From positions 1 to 64,000 of the IMG/VR virus record IMGVR_UViG_3300029305_003110: a DNA stretch of 64,000 nucleotides, one strand, 5' to 3'. A program made the translations under genes and the position numbers. This document shows, in pieces, positions 38,556 through 52,019 of this stretch (positions are counted from its first letter, which is position 1; every line of letters begins with the position of its first letter). The notes under the pieces were generated by a model, which was not told the DNA's origin, ran no database searches, and saw only the letters and a program-made list of their open reading frames with translations. Origin of the DNA: a virus (taxonomy: Duplodnaviria; Caudoviricetes).

Positions 38556-39575
38556 TCATTCATTGCATATTTGCAAATCATCATGCAATTCTGTGGTTCC
38601 GTCCACCTTAGCATCTCCGCACACCATAACATTATCATACAATTTCGCACATCCACACACATGACCATTATCGTGTATTCGAACATTACCATACAGTTCC
38701 GCATTATCATACACGCGAGCATTATCATAAACATGAACAGCATTATGTAGTTTTACATAATTACTCACTATGGTATCCCCATATACATGCACATCATCGC
38801 ACAGTTTTGCATAATCACACACATGAGCGTAACCATACACTCTAACTCTATCCCGCAGTTCCGCATCATCATATACACGAGAATCACCATATACTTGTAC
38901 AGCACCATACAGTTCCGCATAATCACACACATGAGCGTTACCATATACTTGTACATCATCATACAGTTCCGCATCATCATATACACGAGCATCACCATAT
39001 ACTTGCACAGAATCATACAGTTGCGCATCATCACATACACGAGCGTTACCATATACTTGTACATCATCATACAGTTCCACATCATCACATACACGAGCGT
39101 TATCATATACCCGAACATCATCACATAGTTCTACATCATCACATACCTGAGCGGCACCATACACTTTAACCCTATCTTCCAATTTAACACGACCATATAT
39201 ACGGGCATCGTCATATACTTGTGTCGCATCAAACAGGTGAACATTATCATATATACGAGCGTTACCATATACTTGTACATCGTCATATAACATTACATTA
39301 TTATAGACTCTGGCATTTTCAAATAATTTGACATTATCTCTAGCTTGTGCCTGGTTCAATATTTTTGCATTATTAGATACACTTGCCGACTCGAACACTA
39401 TTGCATCATCATATATCCAGCAGACCCCATTAATATCAAGGTTTTTCTCAGATTCTATCCAACCGCCCAAATCTCCTTTTTTAACATCTCCAAAATCTTT
39501 GAGGGCTCTTATTCTATAAAGAGTTCTCCCACAATGTAATATAGTTTCATTTGTCAATTCATATTTAGTATTCAT
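38556..39575 (-). CDS. Hexapeptide-repeat beta-helix protein (paralog 3; expanded repeats, no C-terminal domain)
   Basis: Same N-terminus; long run of 18-bp repeats (VELYDD/VQVYGN/ARVYDD). Confidence 0.8.
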   Translation of the reverse strand: MNTKYELTNETILHCGRTLYRIRALKDFGDVKKGDLGGWIESEKNLDINGVCWIYDDAIVFESASVSNNAKILNQAQARDNVKLFENARVYNNVMLYDDVQVYGNARIYDNVHLFDATQVYDDARIYGRVKLEDRVKVYGAAQVCDDVELCDDVRVYDNARVCDDVELYDDVQVYGNARVCDDAQLYDSVQVYGDARVYDDAELYDDVQVYGNAHVCDYAELYGAVQVYGDSRVYDDAELRDRVRVYGYAHVCDYAKLCDDVHVYGDTIVSNYVKLHNAVHVYDNARVYDNAELYGNVRIHDNGHVCGCAKLYDNVMVCGDAKVDGTTELHDDLQICNE

Positions 39576-39649
39576 ATCATTCGCTTCCTTTCTTAAATAA
39601 TATAAAACTAACAGATAAATGAATATCTGTTAGTTTTTAATTGATAAGT

Positions 39650-40309
39650 TTATACGTATTTGGATTTCGTATTTTTAAAACTAAAAGTGAGAACCAAATG
39701 CCCAATACATGTCATAACAATAGTATCTACTTTTAAGAAATGTAATAGTCGTTCATTATACTTTCTTTTATTGAGTTCCTCTTTAATTTTTAAAAGAGCG
39801 CAACGTATTAACTTATCTTTATTATTGACTACATCGACTTTAAGTCTTTCTAGCATATTTCTTCTATCATCATCTGTCATATCTATATCGTTTACTGTTG
39901 GGAAATCAACTTCAATAAAATCAAAAACTCCGGTTTTTGTATTACCATTTTCCTTATATAGTCTCACGCTAGGCTCTCGCACAATACTATTGAGCTCGTT
40001 GTCATATATAAATGCAACCACTTCTTTTGGAAATGTGCCGTATACAGCGTTCTGTACAGTTGATAAACAACCACCATCTACTATATTGCGACGTATAATA
40101 TTTTTCATTGTTTCGATTCTGCAAACAGGATATGGATATATGTAATTGATAATAAAATCGTTAAACGATTTACGCCTATCCATTACACATTTATGGTCAC
40201 CAAACTCAGATATGTCGCATTCGCAAACATTAAATACGGATGTGTCATCGTCGAATAACACCAAATGCGGTCTGTTGTCAATAAATTTTCCAAACAATTT
40301 GATCTTCAT
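39650..40309 (-). CDS. Hypothetical protein
   Basis: 219-aa ORF; TATATATTAT motif at 40386-40395. Confidence 0.65.
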   Translation of the reverse strand: MKIKLFGKFIDNRPHLVLFDDDTSVFNVCECDISEFGDHKCVMDRRKSFNDFIINYIYPYPVCRIETMKNIIRRNIVDGGCLSTVQNAVYGTFPKEVVAFIYDNELNSIVREPSVRLYKENGNTKTGVFDFIEVDFPTVNDIDMTDDDRRNMLERLKVDVVNNKDKLIRCALLKIKEELNKRKYNERLLHFLKVDTIVMTCIGHLVLTFSFKNTKSKYV

Positions 40310-40433
40310 AATAAATCATTCTCCCTATAAATAAAATATATTATTTAGAAGATAACGATATATCGCTATCTCTTTATTTAAATAAATAATATATAAATAT
40401 TTAATATAAAAAAACGATTATTTATATAAATGA

Positions 40434-40469
40434 TATAGAGATATGTCCGTAATGGACATATCTCTATAT
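40434..40469 (-). terminator. Terminator after the RNAP beta-C gene
   Basis: ATATAGAGATATGTCC/GGACATATCTCTATAT. Confidence 0.7.
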
Positions 40470-40478
40470 TCTTTTTAA

Positions 40479-43479
<3,001 letters not shown>

Positions 43480-43501
43480 GTGTTATCATCCTTCCAATTA
43501 T

Positions 43502-43747
43502 TTAATTATTAATATATGTGTATATTGATTTGGGAATAATCACTATTACACCATTATGCAATAATGCGTAAGGATTATTGTTCACATACAATATGGTTTT
43601 ATTTTCATTTAAACAAATATCTACATTTGTTGTAGACTGTTTAATGCTTTCGGATAATAATTCTAATTTATTTTTCGTTTCTAGCATCGTTTTCATTCTC
43701 CACTTCAGTCGCACAAATATCTTTCGCCGATTTTGACTTTGGTACAT
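43502..43747 (-). CDS. Small hypothetical protein (true start probably the internal MLETKN)
   Basis: Fills the gap between 43668..44564 and the RNAP gene. Confidence 0.5.
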   Translation of the reverse strand: MYQSQNRRKIFVRLKWRMKTMLETKNKLELLSESIKQSTTNVDICLNENKTILYVNNNPYALLHNGVIVIIPKSIYTYINN

Positions 43748-44564
43748 TTATTTTATAATTCGTTTTAGGAATAACGTATCCAGTATCTTGTTCTAAATCA
43801 GCCTCAATATTCTTTTTTTGAATAATTTCATTAGCTTTAATTATGGCTTCAGCCATCATCATCTGATGTTCTGCTTTACGTCTTTCTTTTCTTCTCTTTT
43901 CTCTTCTCTTCTTGCTTTCGCGTTGTAAATACTTTCTCTTTTCTTCTGCTTCAGCGTCAGCTTCTGCTTTACGATTCTTTTTCATAGTTCTAATAATTGA
44001 TGTTATATATTTATTATATGCTTTTGTGCTCCCGAGAATTTTCTTCATTATACATACATTTATACCCGCTTCTAAGCTAAATGTATCTTCTTCATCACAC
44101 ACAGATTTCTCAAAACTTCCATCTGCAAAAAATACTTTAATTACTTTATTTGGTACTATTATTTTAACATCAGCAATTATAGGAAGTTCGGAATAATTAA
44201 TAATATCACCATCGGATATATTTGATAATGTTAACCCATAACTATTTTCTATATGTGAATGTGGACTTATTAAAACATATTGATTTGGTATAATAGGATA
44301 TGTATACCCGTTTGCATGTATTACATCCATATTATCAGTTTGAGCAATATATCCATTACCTATCTGAACCACTTTATCCGCAACACAATCGTTTCCAACA
44401 TGAGATGAATGCCCCGTTCCTATTGTAGTATTGCCTTGCACATAGTCTTTATTGGCATCGAGATGTGTCCCAATTGCTGTTGTGGAATTATTTTTCTTAT
44501 ACAAGTCTTTAGCTTCATGATAAGCTTCCATTGATCCTTCATTGAGCATTCCTTTATAACCCAT
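43668..44564 (-). CDS. Hypothetical phage protein
   Basis: 298 aa; VFFADG...CDEEDTFSLEAG domain and a basic coiled-coil tail. Confidence 0.7.
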   Translation of the reverse strand: MGYKGMLNEGSMEAYHEAKDLYKKNNSTTAIGTHLDANKDYVQGNTTIGTGHSSHVGNDCVADKVVQIGNGYIAQTDNMDVIHANGYTYPIIPNQYVLISPHSHIENSYGLTLSNISDGDIINYSELPIIADVKIIVPNKVIKVFFADGSFEKSVCDEEDTFSLEAGINVCIMKKILGSTKAYNKYITSIIRTMKKNRKAEADAEAEEKRKYLQRESKKRREKRRKERRKAEHQMMMAEAIIKANEIIQKKNIEADLEQDTGYVIPKTNYKINVPKSKSAKDICATEVENENDARNEK

Positions 44565-44585
44565 ATCTAATCTCTCCTTCTATAT

Positions 44586-44798
44586 TTATTTATTGTCATC
44601 ATCGTCGTCGATAATTGCTTCATCAAGAATATCAAGTAATTTTTCCAAACAATTTTCAATCGAAGATAATCTTGCTTCGGTTTCACTTACTCCCGCATGA
44701 GGTGATGTCTGAGGATTATAGAAGTTTCTGCGTAAATCCTGTTTCAATTGTTGAAACTTTGTTGTGGATATCATTAATTTATCTTTGTTAATTTTCAT
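44586..44798 (-). CDS. Small hypothetical protein
   Basis: AGGAG RBS. Confidence 0.6.
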   Translation of the reverse strand: MKINKDKLMISTTKFQQLKQDLRRNFYNPQTSPHAGVSETEARLSSIENCLEKLLDILDEAIIDDDDDNK

Positions 44799-44799
44799 T

Positions 44800-45129
44800 T
44801 TAATCTCTCCTTCTATATTTATTTAAAAGTTTTAATATAACATCATAAGATGTTATGTTTTCTAATCTAATTGTAAAATACGATGTCCAATTATTTGGTA
44901 CTGGAACATTATTGAACGTTAGCCCATCTATATGGATATTTTTTAATGTTCTTACTACAGTTCCGTCCGCTCCAATAATACAAAATGAGTATGTGTGAGG
45001 GTATTTTCCTTTTCGCACATCATGAATTGGACACGTCATGCAAATCCCGCTATCAACATAGCCTATATAAAAATCAATACCATTAGCATCCAATTCTGTC
45101 AATACTTCATATAATGACTCTACAATCAT
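44800..45129 (-). CDS. Hypothetical protein
   Basis: GGGGAG RBS; TATATATTAT motif at 45212-45221. Confidence 0.6.
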   Translation of the reverse strand: MIVESLYEVLTELDANGIDFYIGYVDSGICMTCPIHDVRKGKYPHTYSFCIIGADGTVVRTLKNIHIDGLTFNNVPVPNNWTSYFTIRLENITSYDVILKLLNKYRRRD

Positions 45130-45239
45130 AATAATCGCAATCTCCCCAGGTTAGTTAGTATTTAAGACATTATAGTCTTAGCAAAGATAATATTTAAACT
45201 CTGCTAAGACTATAATATATACTTATTTATATATGATTA

Positions 45240-46487
45240 TTAATTCTCATTGTCGAACTCATTATTCTGAGAGGTAAAGAATGCTTTCATAGTTTCCATA
45301 TACTGCTCTTTATCGTCTTTTTCTTCCTGATTAACGTACGATAACATTTCATCCAAATAAGGTTCGACAGATTTTAATAATGCTTCACGAACGGGCTCTT
45401 TATCATTAAAATCTTTTCTAAATTTTCTAAAGTCAAATTTAGCATCTTCGAATCCTTTGAAATATCTGTATGGATTTCTTCCTTCAATCAATCCTAAATC
45501 ATCCGCATATTGAGCAAGAGTCAATATCGGATCAAATCCAGTTGCCTGATTATAAATCATATGACATGATTGTCCAGCTTTATTTGTTCTTGATTTTAAG
45601 AATTCGGCTCTTATTAAGAAACCATCAAATCCATTGTCTTCTGTATTGAATTTTCCTGCAGATACAAACTTAACCAGAGTATTTGCATAATACATAGGAG
45701 AAGTTCCGCCGGGAACTGCTTCATTCATTTTCAAATACATTACTTGAGGCTGAGTCTTTACAAATGCATTCATTTCAACTTTTTCATTGATATGATTTAT
45801 TGCAAATACTGTTATGTTATATGTCTTAATAATTGGCATAAGCTTCTTATAGAACTGCTTAACCTTCTGCGCCATACGCATCGCATCTGTCTGACCTTTC
45901 ATTTCTTCTTCATCCATGTCTTTAGACGCCAATGTCGGTAATGAGTCTATAATGACTACAGTGGGAACAAATGCTATTATCGGATTATTGAATTCATCAA
46001 CTAATCCAGTATCATATTGAAATTCTTTTTTATCTGCTTCTTTTTCATTTGCAATCGCAACTATAGAATCAAATATATCTTCGAGATAGTTCTTCTCTTG
46101 TCTCAGGATATATTTGTTTGATAATTCTAATTGGCTTGCGCCTGTTATATTTTTAATACGTGTATAGTTTAATGCTTGCTCCAGGTCATAATGCATTATA
46201 AATGCATTATCACCAAAATCTTTAACTATATTAAATGCTGCTTGTACAGTCCATGTTGTCTTTGCAACACCAGTTTTACCAATAATGGTAACAAATGTTC
46301 CACCCATAAGACCTACAGATGGATACGTCTTAATAACTTCTTCGTTCATTCCAACAACTTGTACCTTATAACCATTTCTATAGTCAAATGGTAAAAATCC
46401 TGTACTATAAGATACTGATGTCTGTGCTGGGAGAAATAATCCTTTTTTATCTTTTTTTCGTAATCTGTCAATTAAGCGTTCTGCCAT
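45240..46487 (-). CDS. recA: RecA/UvsX-like recombinase
   Basis: STG...GTFVTIIGKTGVAKTT (Walker A), DLEQAL, VIIDSL (Walker B), INHI...PGG. Confidence 0.85.
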   Translation of the reverse strand: MAERLIDRLRKKDKKGLFLPAQTSVSYSTGFLPFDYRNGYKVQVVGMNEEVIKTYPSVGLMGGTFVTIIGKTGVAKTTWTVQAAFNIVKDFGDNAFIMHYDLEQALNYTRIKNITGASQLELSNKYILRQEKNYLEDIFDSIVAIANEKEADKKEFQYDTGLVDEFNNPIIAFVPTVVIIDSLPTLASKDMDEEEMKGQTDAMRMAQKVKQFYKKLMPIIKTYNITVFAINHINEKVEMNAFVKTQPQVMYLKMNEAVPGGTSPMYYANTLVKFVSAGKFNTEDNGFDGFLIRAEFLKSRTNKAGQSCHMIYNQATGFDPILTLAQYADDLGLIEGRNPYRYFKGFEDAKFDFRKFRKDFNDKEPVREALLKSVEPYLDEMLSYVNQEEKDDKEQYMETMKAFFTSQNNEFDNEN

Positions 46488-46552
46488 AATAAATTACCCT
46501 CCTTAAAAATATTTAATATATTGTGTATTGAAAAGTAAAAAGGTAAAAAACG

Positions 46553-46590
46553 ATAATGAGCAATAGGAAATAAATCCTATTGCTCATTAT
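46553..46590 (-). terminator. Terminator hairpin
   Basis: ATAATGAGCAATAGGA/TCCTATTGCTCATTAT. Confidence 0.65.
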
Positions 46591-46620
46591 CTATCTTGTA
46601 ACAGAGGAGAATAAAAATGA

Positions 46621-47475
46621 TTACCTTTTAATGACTTTTCCGGTATTCAATAATATGTTCAAAATTTGGAATTCTTTTTTAATTAATCCATAATGTCTTC
46701 CGATGGCAGATTGAATAATATCAACATTGTGGAATAATGTCACTGCACGGAATCCTTCAGATTTTGCTTCTGCAATAACTTCAGCAATATTATCTTGTGT
46801 AAATTCTTTAATTGTGAATTTTTCAGGATTCTCAAGAATAGTAGATGTTAATGTATTAACATCTTCTTTATTTACAAAAATTAAATTTGTTGGTCTAGCT
46901 GGACGGAACTTATGAATTTTAAATGTAGGAGCTTCAATAATTTCTGTAGCTTCCTTAGTTTCTAATTTAACTTCATATCCATCAGTCGTTTTAATCAATT
47001 TGTAAATTGTATCTGTTCCTTCTTTCGGATTATGTAATTCTAAATCGAATACAATATCATTTGTATCAGAGATAGAAATAACTGAACTAAATTCACTTTT
47101 AGCAACCATATATGTTAAGATGAAAACATTAGTAGTATTAATATTTTTAATAAAACTGCCTTTAAGATTAATATTGAATAACATAATATCTTTTCCGTAT
47201 TTTGTTGATGTAGTAATCATAGGAGCACAGTCTTTCTTCTGGAAAAGAATTCCTGTCATTCCGTCATAAATTTTCATCGGTTTATTCAATGCTATAACGG
47301 TTTCCCCACTATTAGTCACAACGTCATTAGTTGTAACAATTTCAATTCTTTTTGTTCTTTCTTCATCAATTTTTTTCTTTACAATAAACTTGTTGAGATT
47401 GTCATTTATTTTTTCACATCTCCACGGAGTTTTTGTTTCGTTATAAATATACAGCATAATTTGTAATCCTCCCAA
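46621..47475 (-). CDS. Hypothetical protein
   Basis: 284-aa ORF (probable start MLYIYN after GGAGG). Confidence 0.7.
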   Translation of the reverse strand: MGGLQIMLYIYNETKTPWRCEKINDNLNKFIVKKKIDEERTKRIEIVTTNDVVTNSGETVIALNKPMKIYDGMTGILFQKKDCAPMITTSTKYGKDIMLFNINLKGSFIKNINTTNVFILTYMVAKSEFSSVISISDTNDIVFDLELHNPKEGTDTIYKLIKTTDGYEVKLETKEATEIIEAPTFKIHKFRPARPTNLIFVNKEDVNTLTSTILENPEKFTIKEFTQDNIAEVIAEAKSEGFRAVTLFHNVDIIQSAIGRHYGLIKKEFQILNILLNTGKVIKR

Positions 47476-47556
47476 TTTAAAGAAATTTTATATATTTATT
47501 ATAAAAAAAATATTGGGAAAACATTAAGTTTTCCCAATACTATTTTTAAAATCGTA

Positions 47557-48438
47557 TTAGAGATATTTTTCAATATCGGATTTTGATTTAGCAAATTTAG
47601 AAACAACTTTTGCTAATTTAGGATATTGTTCAGCATCTACAGATGTTAAACTGATTCTTCTTGCACCATCTCTATTATTGCGAGCATCTTTCATACGTCT
47701 GCTAGCAAAATATTCAATAAGTTCAGCAATATGCTTCTTATCCTGATCTTCAATGGTTTCTAATGCAAATTTTGTCATCAAATTCCAAATACTCTGTTGT
47801 CTTTCATTAAAGTTCTTAAGAAACTCTTTCTTTTCAAGTAAGATGTTGATTGCGATTAAATCAAGCATTTTCTTACCGAGAAGTTTCTTAAATATTTTTC
47901 CGATTATTTCGGTATCGTTAATTCCGATATCCTTATCTTGTGAAAGAATATACATTTTTCTTAACATCTTTTGTGAATAGATTCCGACAACCTTTTCATT
48001 AGGAAGATAACTTTTCTCAGGAACGATAATTAATAAATCGCCAATTAAATCTTCATCAAGATCGAGTTTCTTATTAACTTCTTTAATTCTTGATTTGAGG
48101 AGCTTATTAATTAATTCCTTGTATGAATCAATAAGTCCTTCCGGAAGGTCTTGGTCCTTATGTCTTCTTTCAATGAAGCCCGCAATAATCACAACCATAC
48201 CGATGTTGAGTTGTACTTCTTCGTCTTTTGATTTTCTGATTTTGTTCAATGCTTTTACGAAATTCTCGCAAGTCATCTTATCGAACAATTCGTTTACCGT
48301 ATCAGATGCATTTTTTAAATGTGATTTTCTTGTATAAAAATCTATAATAGCATCCTGATGCTCATAGATTAACTCTGCCAAATCACTTGCACGCATCTTC
48401 TTTGGTTTCTTACATTCTCTTAAAAAATCCTTAATCAT
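47557..48438 (-). CDS. Helical hypothetical protein downstream of the tubulin gene
   Basis: 293-aa ORF, GGAGG RBS; both promoter motif types upstream. Confidence 0.7.
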   Translation of the reverse strand: MIKDFLRECKKPKKMRASDLAELIYEHQDAIIDFYTRKSHLKNASDTVNELFDKMTCENFVKALNKIRKSKDEEVQLNIGMVVIIAGFIERRHKDQDLPEGLIDSYKELINKLLKSRIKEVNKKLDLDEDLIGDLLIIVPEKSYLPNEKVVGIYSQKMLRKMYILSQDKDIGINDTEIIGKIFKKLLGKKMLDLIAINILLEKKEFLKNFNERQQSIWNLMTKFALETIEDQDKKHIAELIEYFASRRMKDARNNRDGARRISLTSVDAEQYPKLAKVVSKFAKSKSDIEKYL

Positions 48439-48496
48439 TTTTGGTTACCTCCATTTAAAAATAATATTAATTTGTTGTTATTGATATAATATATAT

Positions 48497-49618
48497 TTAT
48501 TTATACTTATTAAATATATCGTCAAGATCTAATTCTGCAGAACCTTGAGATGTTGTATCCCTCAGCTCTTTGATTGTATCTGTTTCAGCATCATCGAGCA
48601 CAGAGCTATCTTTCATTCTAGACAATTCTTCTAATCCTTCTTCTATTCTTTGCATAATCTTTTCAAGTCTGTCATCAGGAACTGATAAACCGCTCAAGAT
48701 TAAGAATACACAATTAGGATCAGACTTCTGCCCAATAGAAACATGCTCAAACCCTTCTACCGGTTCGCCTACCAATGCTTTAATTCCGGTTAAATTTGTA
48801 TTAAATAATTTATTTAATGTATCATTTAATACTGTAATAACACCCATACGTTTAACGATCTTGTCTCTATCTAATTCAACATTAGATGAGATATTTTTAA
48901 TAACATTCACAAGCTTATCCTCAAGAGTTTCTGTATCCAGATCCTTTTCCTTTATATCGTGCAAATCGTATATCGCAAGTCTTCCAGGTGTTTCAAGAAT
49001 CTTCAGCATATCTTTCTCGTCGATGCTATTAAATGGTGTAGGATATAGATAATCGCCTCGAATTACTGCCATATGCTCAACAATCTCTCTATTAACACTA
49101 ACCATCATTTCTGATGTCGGAAGATCTGCTCTTTTATTATTATCATAACACATGTATGATATATTAGGTAAGAACTGTTTAACCTCTTTAAGATAATCTA
49201 TACTGTTCTGTTGTGCCGCAATCGATTCTCTGAGCGGCGGGTATACTTCGATTAACACAAAACGTTTTGTTGGGAACTTTCTTGTTAATATATCTGTCAT
49301 TATTGGTGCCATTCCTGAACCTGTTCCTCCACCGATAGACGATACTATAAAGATAACATCATATGCAGAAACATATTCCACGAATTTTTCTTGTCCCAAT
49401 AAGTTAGCGATTTGTTCACGTATAAAACGTTTTGCTTCATCTCTGTTCTTGCCGGCTCCTTTTTGGTCACCAACAATAAGTTTAGGAATAGATTTCACAT
49501 TTGTTAAATCTTTTTCTGAACTATTTAAAGCTAAGCCTGGTATATCTTTTTCTATTTTGGCAAGTTCAGCAATCTGATTTCCAGCGTTGCCTATTCCAAT
49601 TGTACATACTTTTAGCAT
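48497..49618 (-). CDS. Tubulin/FtsZ-family GTPase (PhuZ/TubZ-like)
   Basis: IGIGNAGNQI, GAGKNR, signature GGGTGSG, T7-like loop NSIDEKD. Confidence 0.88.
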   Translation of the reverse strand: MLKVCTIGIGNAGNQIAELAKIEKDIPGLALNSSEKDLTNVKSIPKLIVGDQKGAGKNRDEAKRFIREQIANLLGQEKFVEYVSAYDVIFIVSSIGGGTGSGMAPIMTDILTRKFPTKRFVLIEVYPPLRESIAAQQNSIDYLKEVKQFLPNISYMCYDNNKRADLPTSEMMVSVNREIVEHMAVIRGDYLYPTPFNSIDEKDMLKILETPGRLAIYDLHDIKEKDLDTETLEDKLVNVIKNISSNVELDRDKIVKRMGVITVLNDTLNKLFNTNLTGIKALVGEPVEGFEHVSIGQKSDPNCVFLILSGLSVPDDRLEKIMQRIEEGLEELSRMKDSSVLDDAETDTIKELRDTTSQGSAELDLDDIFNKYK

Positions 49619-49755
49619 AGTTAAAACTCCTTTTCAATAAAATTTATATTATTATCACTAACACGAGAATAATATATATTTATTTTATGCGATAAATAAT
49701 ATATATGGGAGAAACTATATTGTGAAATTCTCCCATATATATTCTCTTTTAAAGA

Positions 49756-49935
49756 TTAAATGTTTTCAAGATTTTTAGAATTTTCCCCGATAGCACTTTC
49801 AATAAGCGCATCGATATCGTCCATTTCATCTTTTTTATTTTTTACTTTTTTAGCAGTAGGATTGTCAATGTCTAAATCTCCAAAGACTCCAACTTCTGTA
49901 AGAATGTGGAGACCTTCATCCTTTTCATTAAACAT
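49756..49935 (-). CDS. Small hypothetical protein (59 aa), not in the ORF track
   Basis: ATG 49935 to TAA 49756; AACA-N6-TA at 49963-49974. Confidence 0.5.
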   Translation of the reverse strand: MFNEKDEGLHILTEVGVFGDLDIDNPTAKKVKNKKDEMDDIDALIESAIGENSKNLENI

Positions 49936-49999
49936 AATATATTCACATCCTTTCTTTATTATTACATATTTGTTATCGTTTATATTACTTTATAAACAG

Positions 50000-50719
50000 T
50001 TAATCTAATGTCTTCTTTAGTACTAATCCATCAGTCACTAAATCAGTTTTTACTCCCATACCAATAAAATAAGTATCTACAGTATTTAATGTGGTCTTAT
50101 TTTCAACTTTACTGGTTAGATCATCTAATGATACATATCCTTTTTTAGCAATCTCATTATACATTTGATTTTTCATAAACATATCGTCTGCTCTAGGACC
50201 TAACAACTCACGAAGAGTATCATTTGAATCTAATGTTACTAATGCAAAGTTTTCTTGGTCAGAATCTCTTGCATTCTTATCTTTTCCTGTAACCTGACCG
50301 GTTAAAACTGAACGTGTTGATATATCTGTTGATGTAGTATTTTTCTTACTTAAAATCTGCTGCATTCGTTTGATGTTTAAATATCCAACAGGACATTCGA
50401 ATTTAGTAACGATAGGAGTGTCTTTATCTTTATTAATATATGGCATCGCGACTTTCTCAAATAATGGAATGCCTAATATTTTAGCAGCTTTTTCAATATA
50501 TTCTAATTTTACAGAGTTCTCATAATCGACAGTATCTAATATCAAATACTGGTCTTCATTCTTAAAAAACTTTTTAAAGAATGTATCGAATTGTGCGTCT
50601 GTCATTTTTGAAAACATCTTTTTGTATTTATCTGTATTTATTCCTGATGGATCTAATGCATTAAATACATCGTATATAGTATTTTCCATCTGTTTTCGTT
50701 TACTTGCTGTTAAAGCCAT
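50000..50719 (-). CDS. Second RNA polymerase beta C-terminal fragment (probably the virion RNAP)
   Basis: PVGYLNIKRMQQ...RSVLTGQVTG...DQENFALV...TLRELLGPRADD parallels RpoB VGxxYxxKL...YSLVTQQP...GEMExWAL...TLQExLTxKSDD. Confidence 0.75.
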   Translation of the reverse strand: MALTASKRKQMENTIYDVFNALDPSGINTDKYKKMFSKMTDAQFDTFFKKFFKNEDQYLILDTVDYENSVKLEYIEKAAKILGIPLFEKVAMPYINKDKDTPIVTKFECPVGYLNIKRMQQILSKKNTTSTDISTRSVLTGQVTGKDKNARDSDQENFALVTLDSNDTLRELLGPRADDMFMKNQMYNEIAKKGYVSLDDLTSKVENKTTLNTVDTYFIGMGVKTDLVTDGLVLKKTLD

Positions 50720-50743
50720 TTTTAATCACCTCATCTATAACAA

Positions 50744-51901
50744 TTAGTGCATATTAGCATACTGAATACTCATTACAAAAAACGTATAAATCGCTCTTCT
50801 AAAATTATTGATAGTCGCCAATCTCTGAGTCTTTTTGTATGTTCCTAGCTCATCTAACCACGAATCCAATATCTTTTTTATTTTTATAATATTCTCATCT
50901 GTTGTATTAGATCTTTTATATATATCTAAGCAATGTAATAGAAATTTATCGCTATTTATATCTTCAAGCTTATTTTTATTATCAAACATATACAAGAATA
51001 AAATAGACTCAATTATTAATTTAATATCATTAATATTTTCATTTGATACCATTTTAGTAATATAATTGCGTAATTCATTTACGCTAACTTGATTAGTTTT
51101 TGCTGCAATATTTATAATCGTTATTGGTACTCCGTCTACTATTAATTTTAATGCAACCTTATCAACCATACGAGATATTGCATGAGTCGATGAGTCGGCT
51201 TCATGATACGTTTCCTCATCATTACTTTCAAATTCAACATTAAGATATTGACCTTTTTTATGTGCATCGTAATATGCATTAGAAATCTTTTTCATAAAGC
51301 TATTTACACGAGTTTTTAATGCTAATATAAACTGCACAGCGTCAGAATCATCACCCTTTATTAATCCTTCTTTATGTAAGTCATATGCTCCATAGTATGT
51401 TTCATCTAATGCTTTATATAAATTTCCGGTTTGTTTAATTTTATATTTATTTGATAAATTATTAATTGTGTGATTCATTGTATTCTCATTAACACCGTAT
51501 TTAAAATATTTATGATATACAGATGGATACAATGCAATTCCTAAATAGAATATACAATTTCGTGTCATATGTTCATTCTTTTTAATAGTAAAAAAACGTA
51601 TAATCATAGTCATTAAGAAATAAAATGGATTTGCGGTAACCTGACCTGTTGCTTTAATATCTTTCGATTTATTTTTTATTGTTCTGGCTATTTGCGGTGT
51701 AACACCAACTAAATCATATACAATATCCATTTCTCTATCAGTAAATAAAATCATATGTGTAGGTCCAATAGCGGAAAGATATTCGCTATTTTTATCTATA
51801 AATCTACCTATAGTTGATTCTAATTTTTTAACATTCATTGTGTTAGAAAAACATTTTTCAACATATGGGTAGAGTTCATTAACTAAAATTTTCTCTGCCA
51901 T
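50744..51901 (-). CDS. Hypothetical protein co-transcribed with the putative virion RNAP subunit
   Basis: 385-aa ORF; AACA-N6-TA at 51929-51940. Confidence 0.65.
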   Translation of the reverse strand: MAEKILVNELYPYVEKCFSNTMNVKKLESTIGRFIDKNSEYLSAIGPTHMILFTDREMDIVYDLVGVTPQIARTIKNKSKDIKATGQVTANPFYFLMTMIIRFFTIKKNEHMTRNCIFYLGIALYPSVYHKYFKYGVNENTMNHTINNLSNKYKIKQTGNLYKALDETYYGAYDLHKEGLIKGDDSDAVQFILALKTRVNSFMKKISNAYYDAHKKGQYLNVEFESNDEETYHEADSSTHAISRMVDKVALKLIVDGVPITIINIAAKTNQVSVNELRNYITKMVSNENINDIKLIIESILFLYMFDNKNKLEDINSDKFLLHCLDIYKRSNTTDENIIKIKKILDSWLDELGTYKKTQRLATINNFRRAIYTFFVMSIQYANMH

Positions 51902-52019
51902 ATAATCACCGACCTATTTTCAAATTATTATTAAAATGTTTACACGATTAAAAATGGTCAAAATATATAATCAATATTTTTTTTGAACGATATATTAATG
52001 AATTATATTAATAAAAGGA

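Noticed and set aside
38540-39128. Met/Cys-rich ORFs 38540..38743, 38768..39124 and 38787..39128
   Set aside because: Alternative-frame shadows of the 18-bp repeats in 38556..39575.
34137-39575. Diversity-generating retroelement template/variable repeats
   Set aside because: No reverse transcriptase in the window and no evident adenine-specific mismatch pattern; ordinary paralogy explains the similarity.
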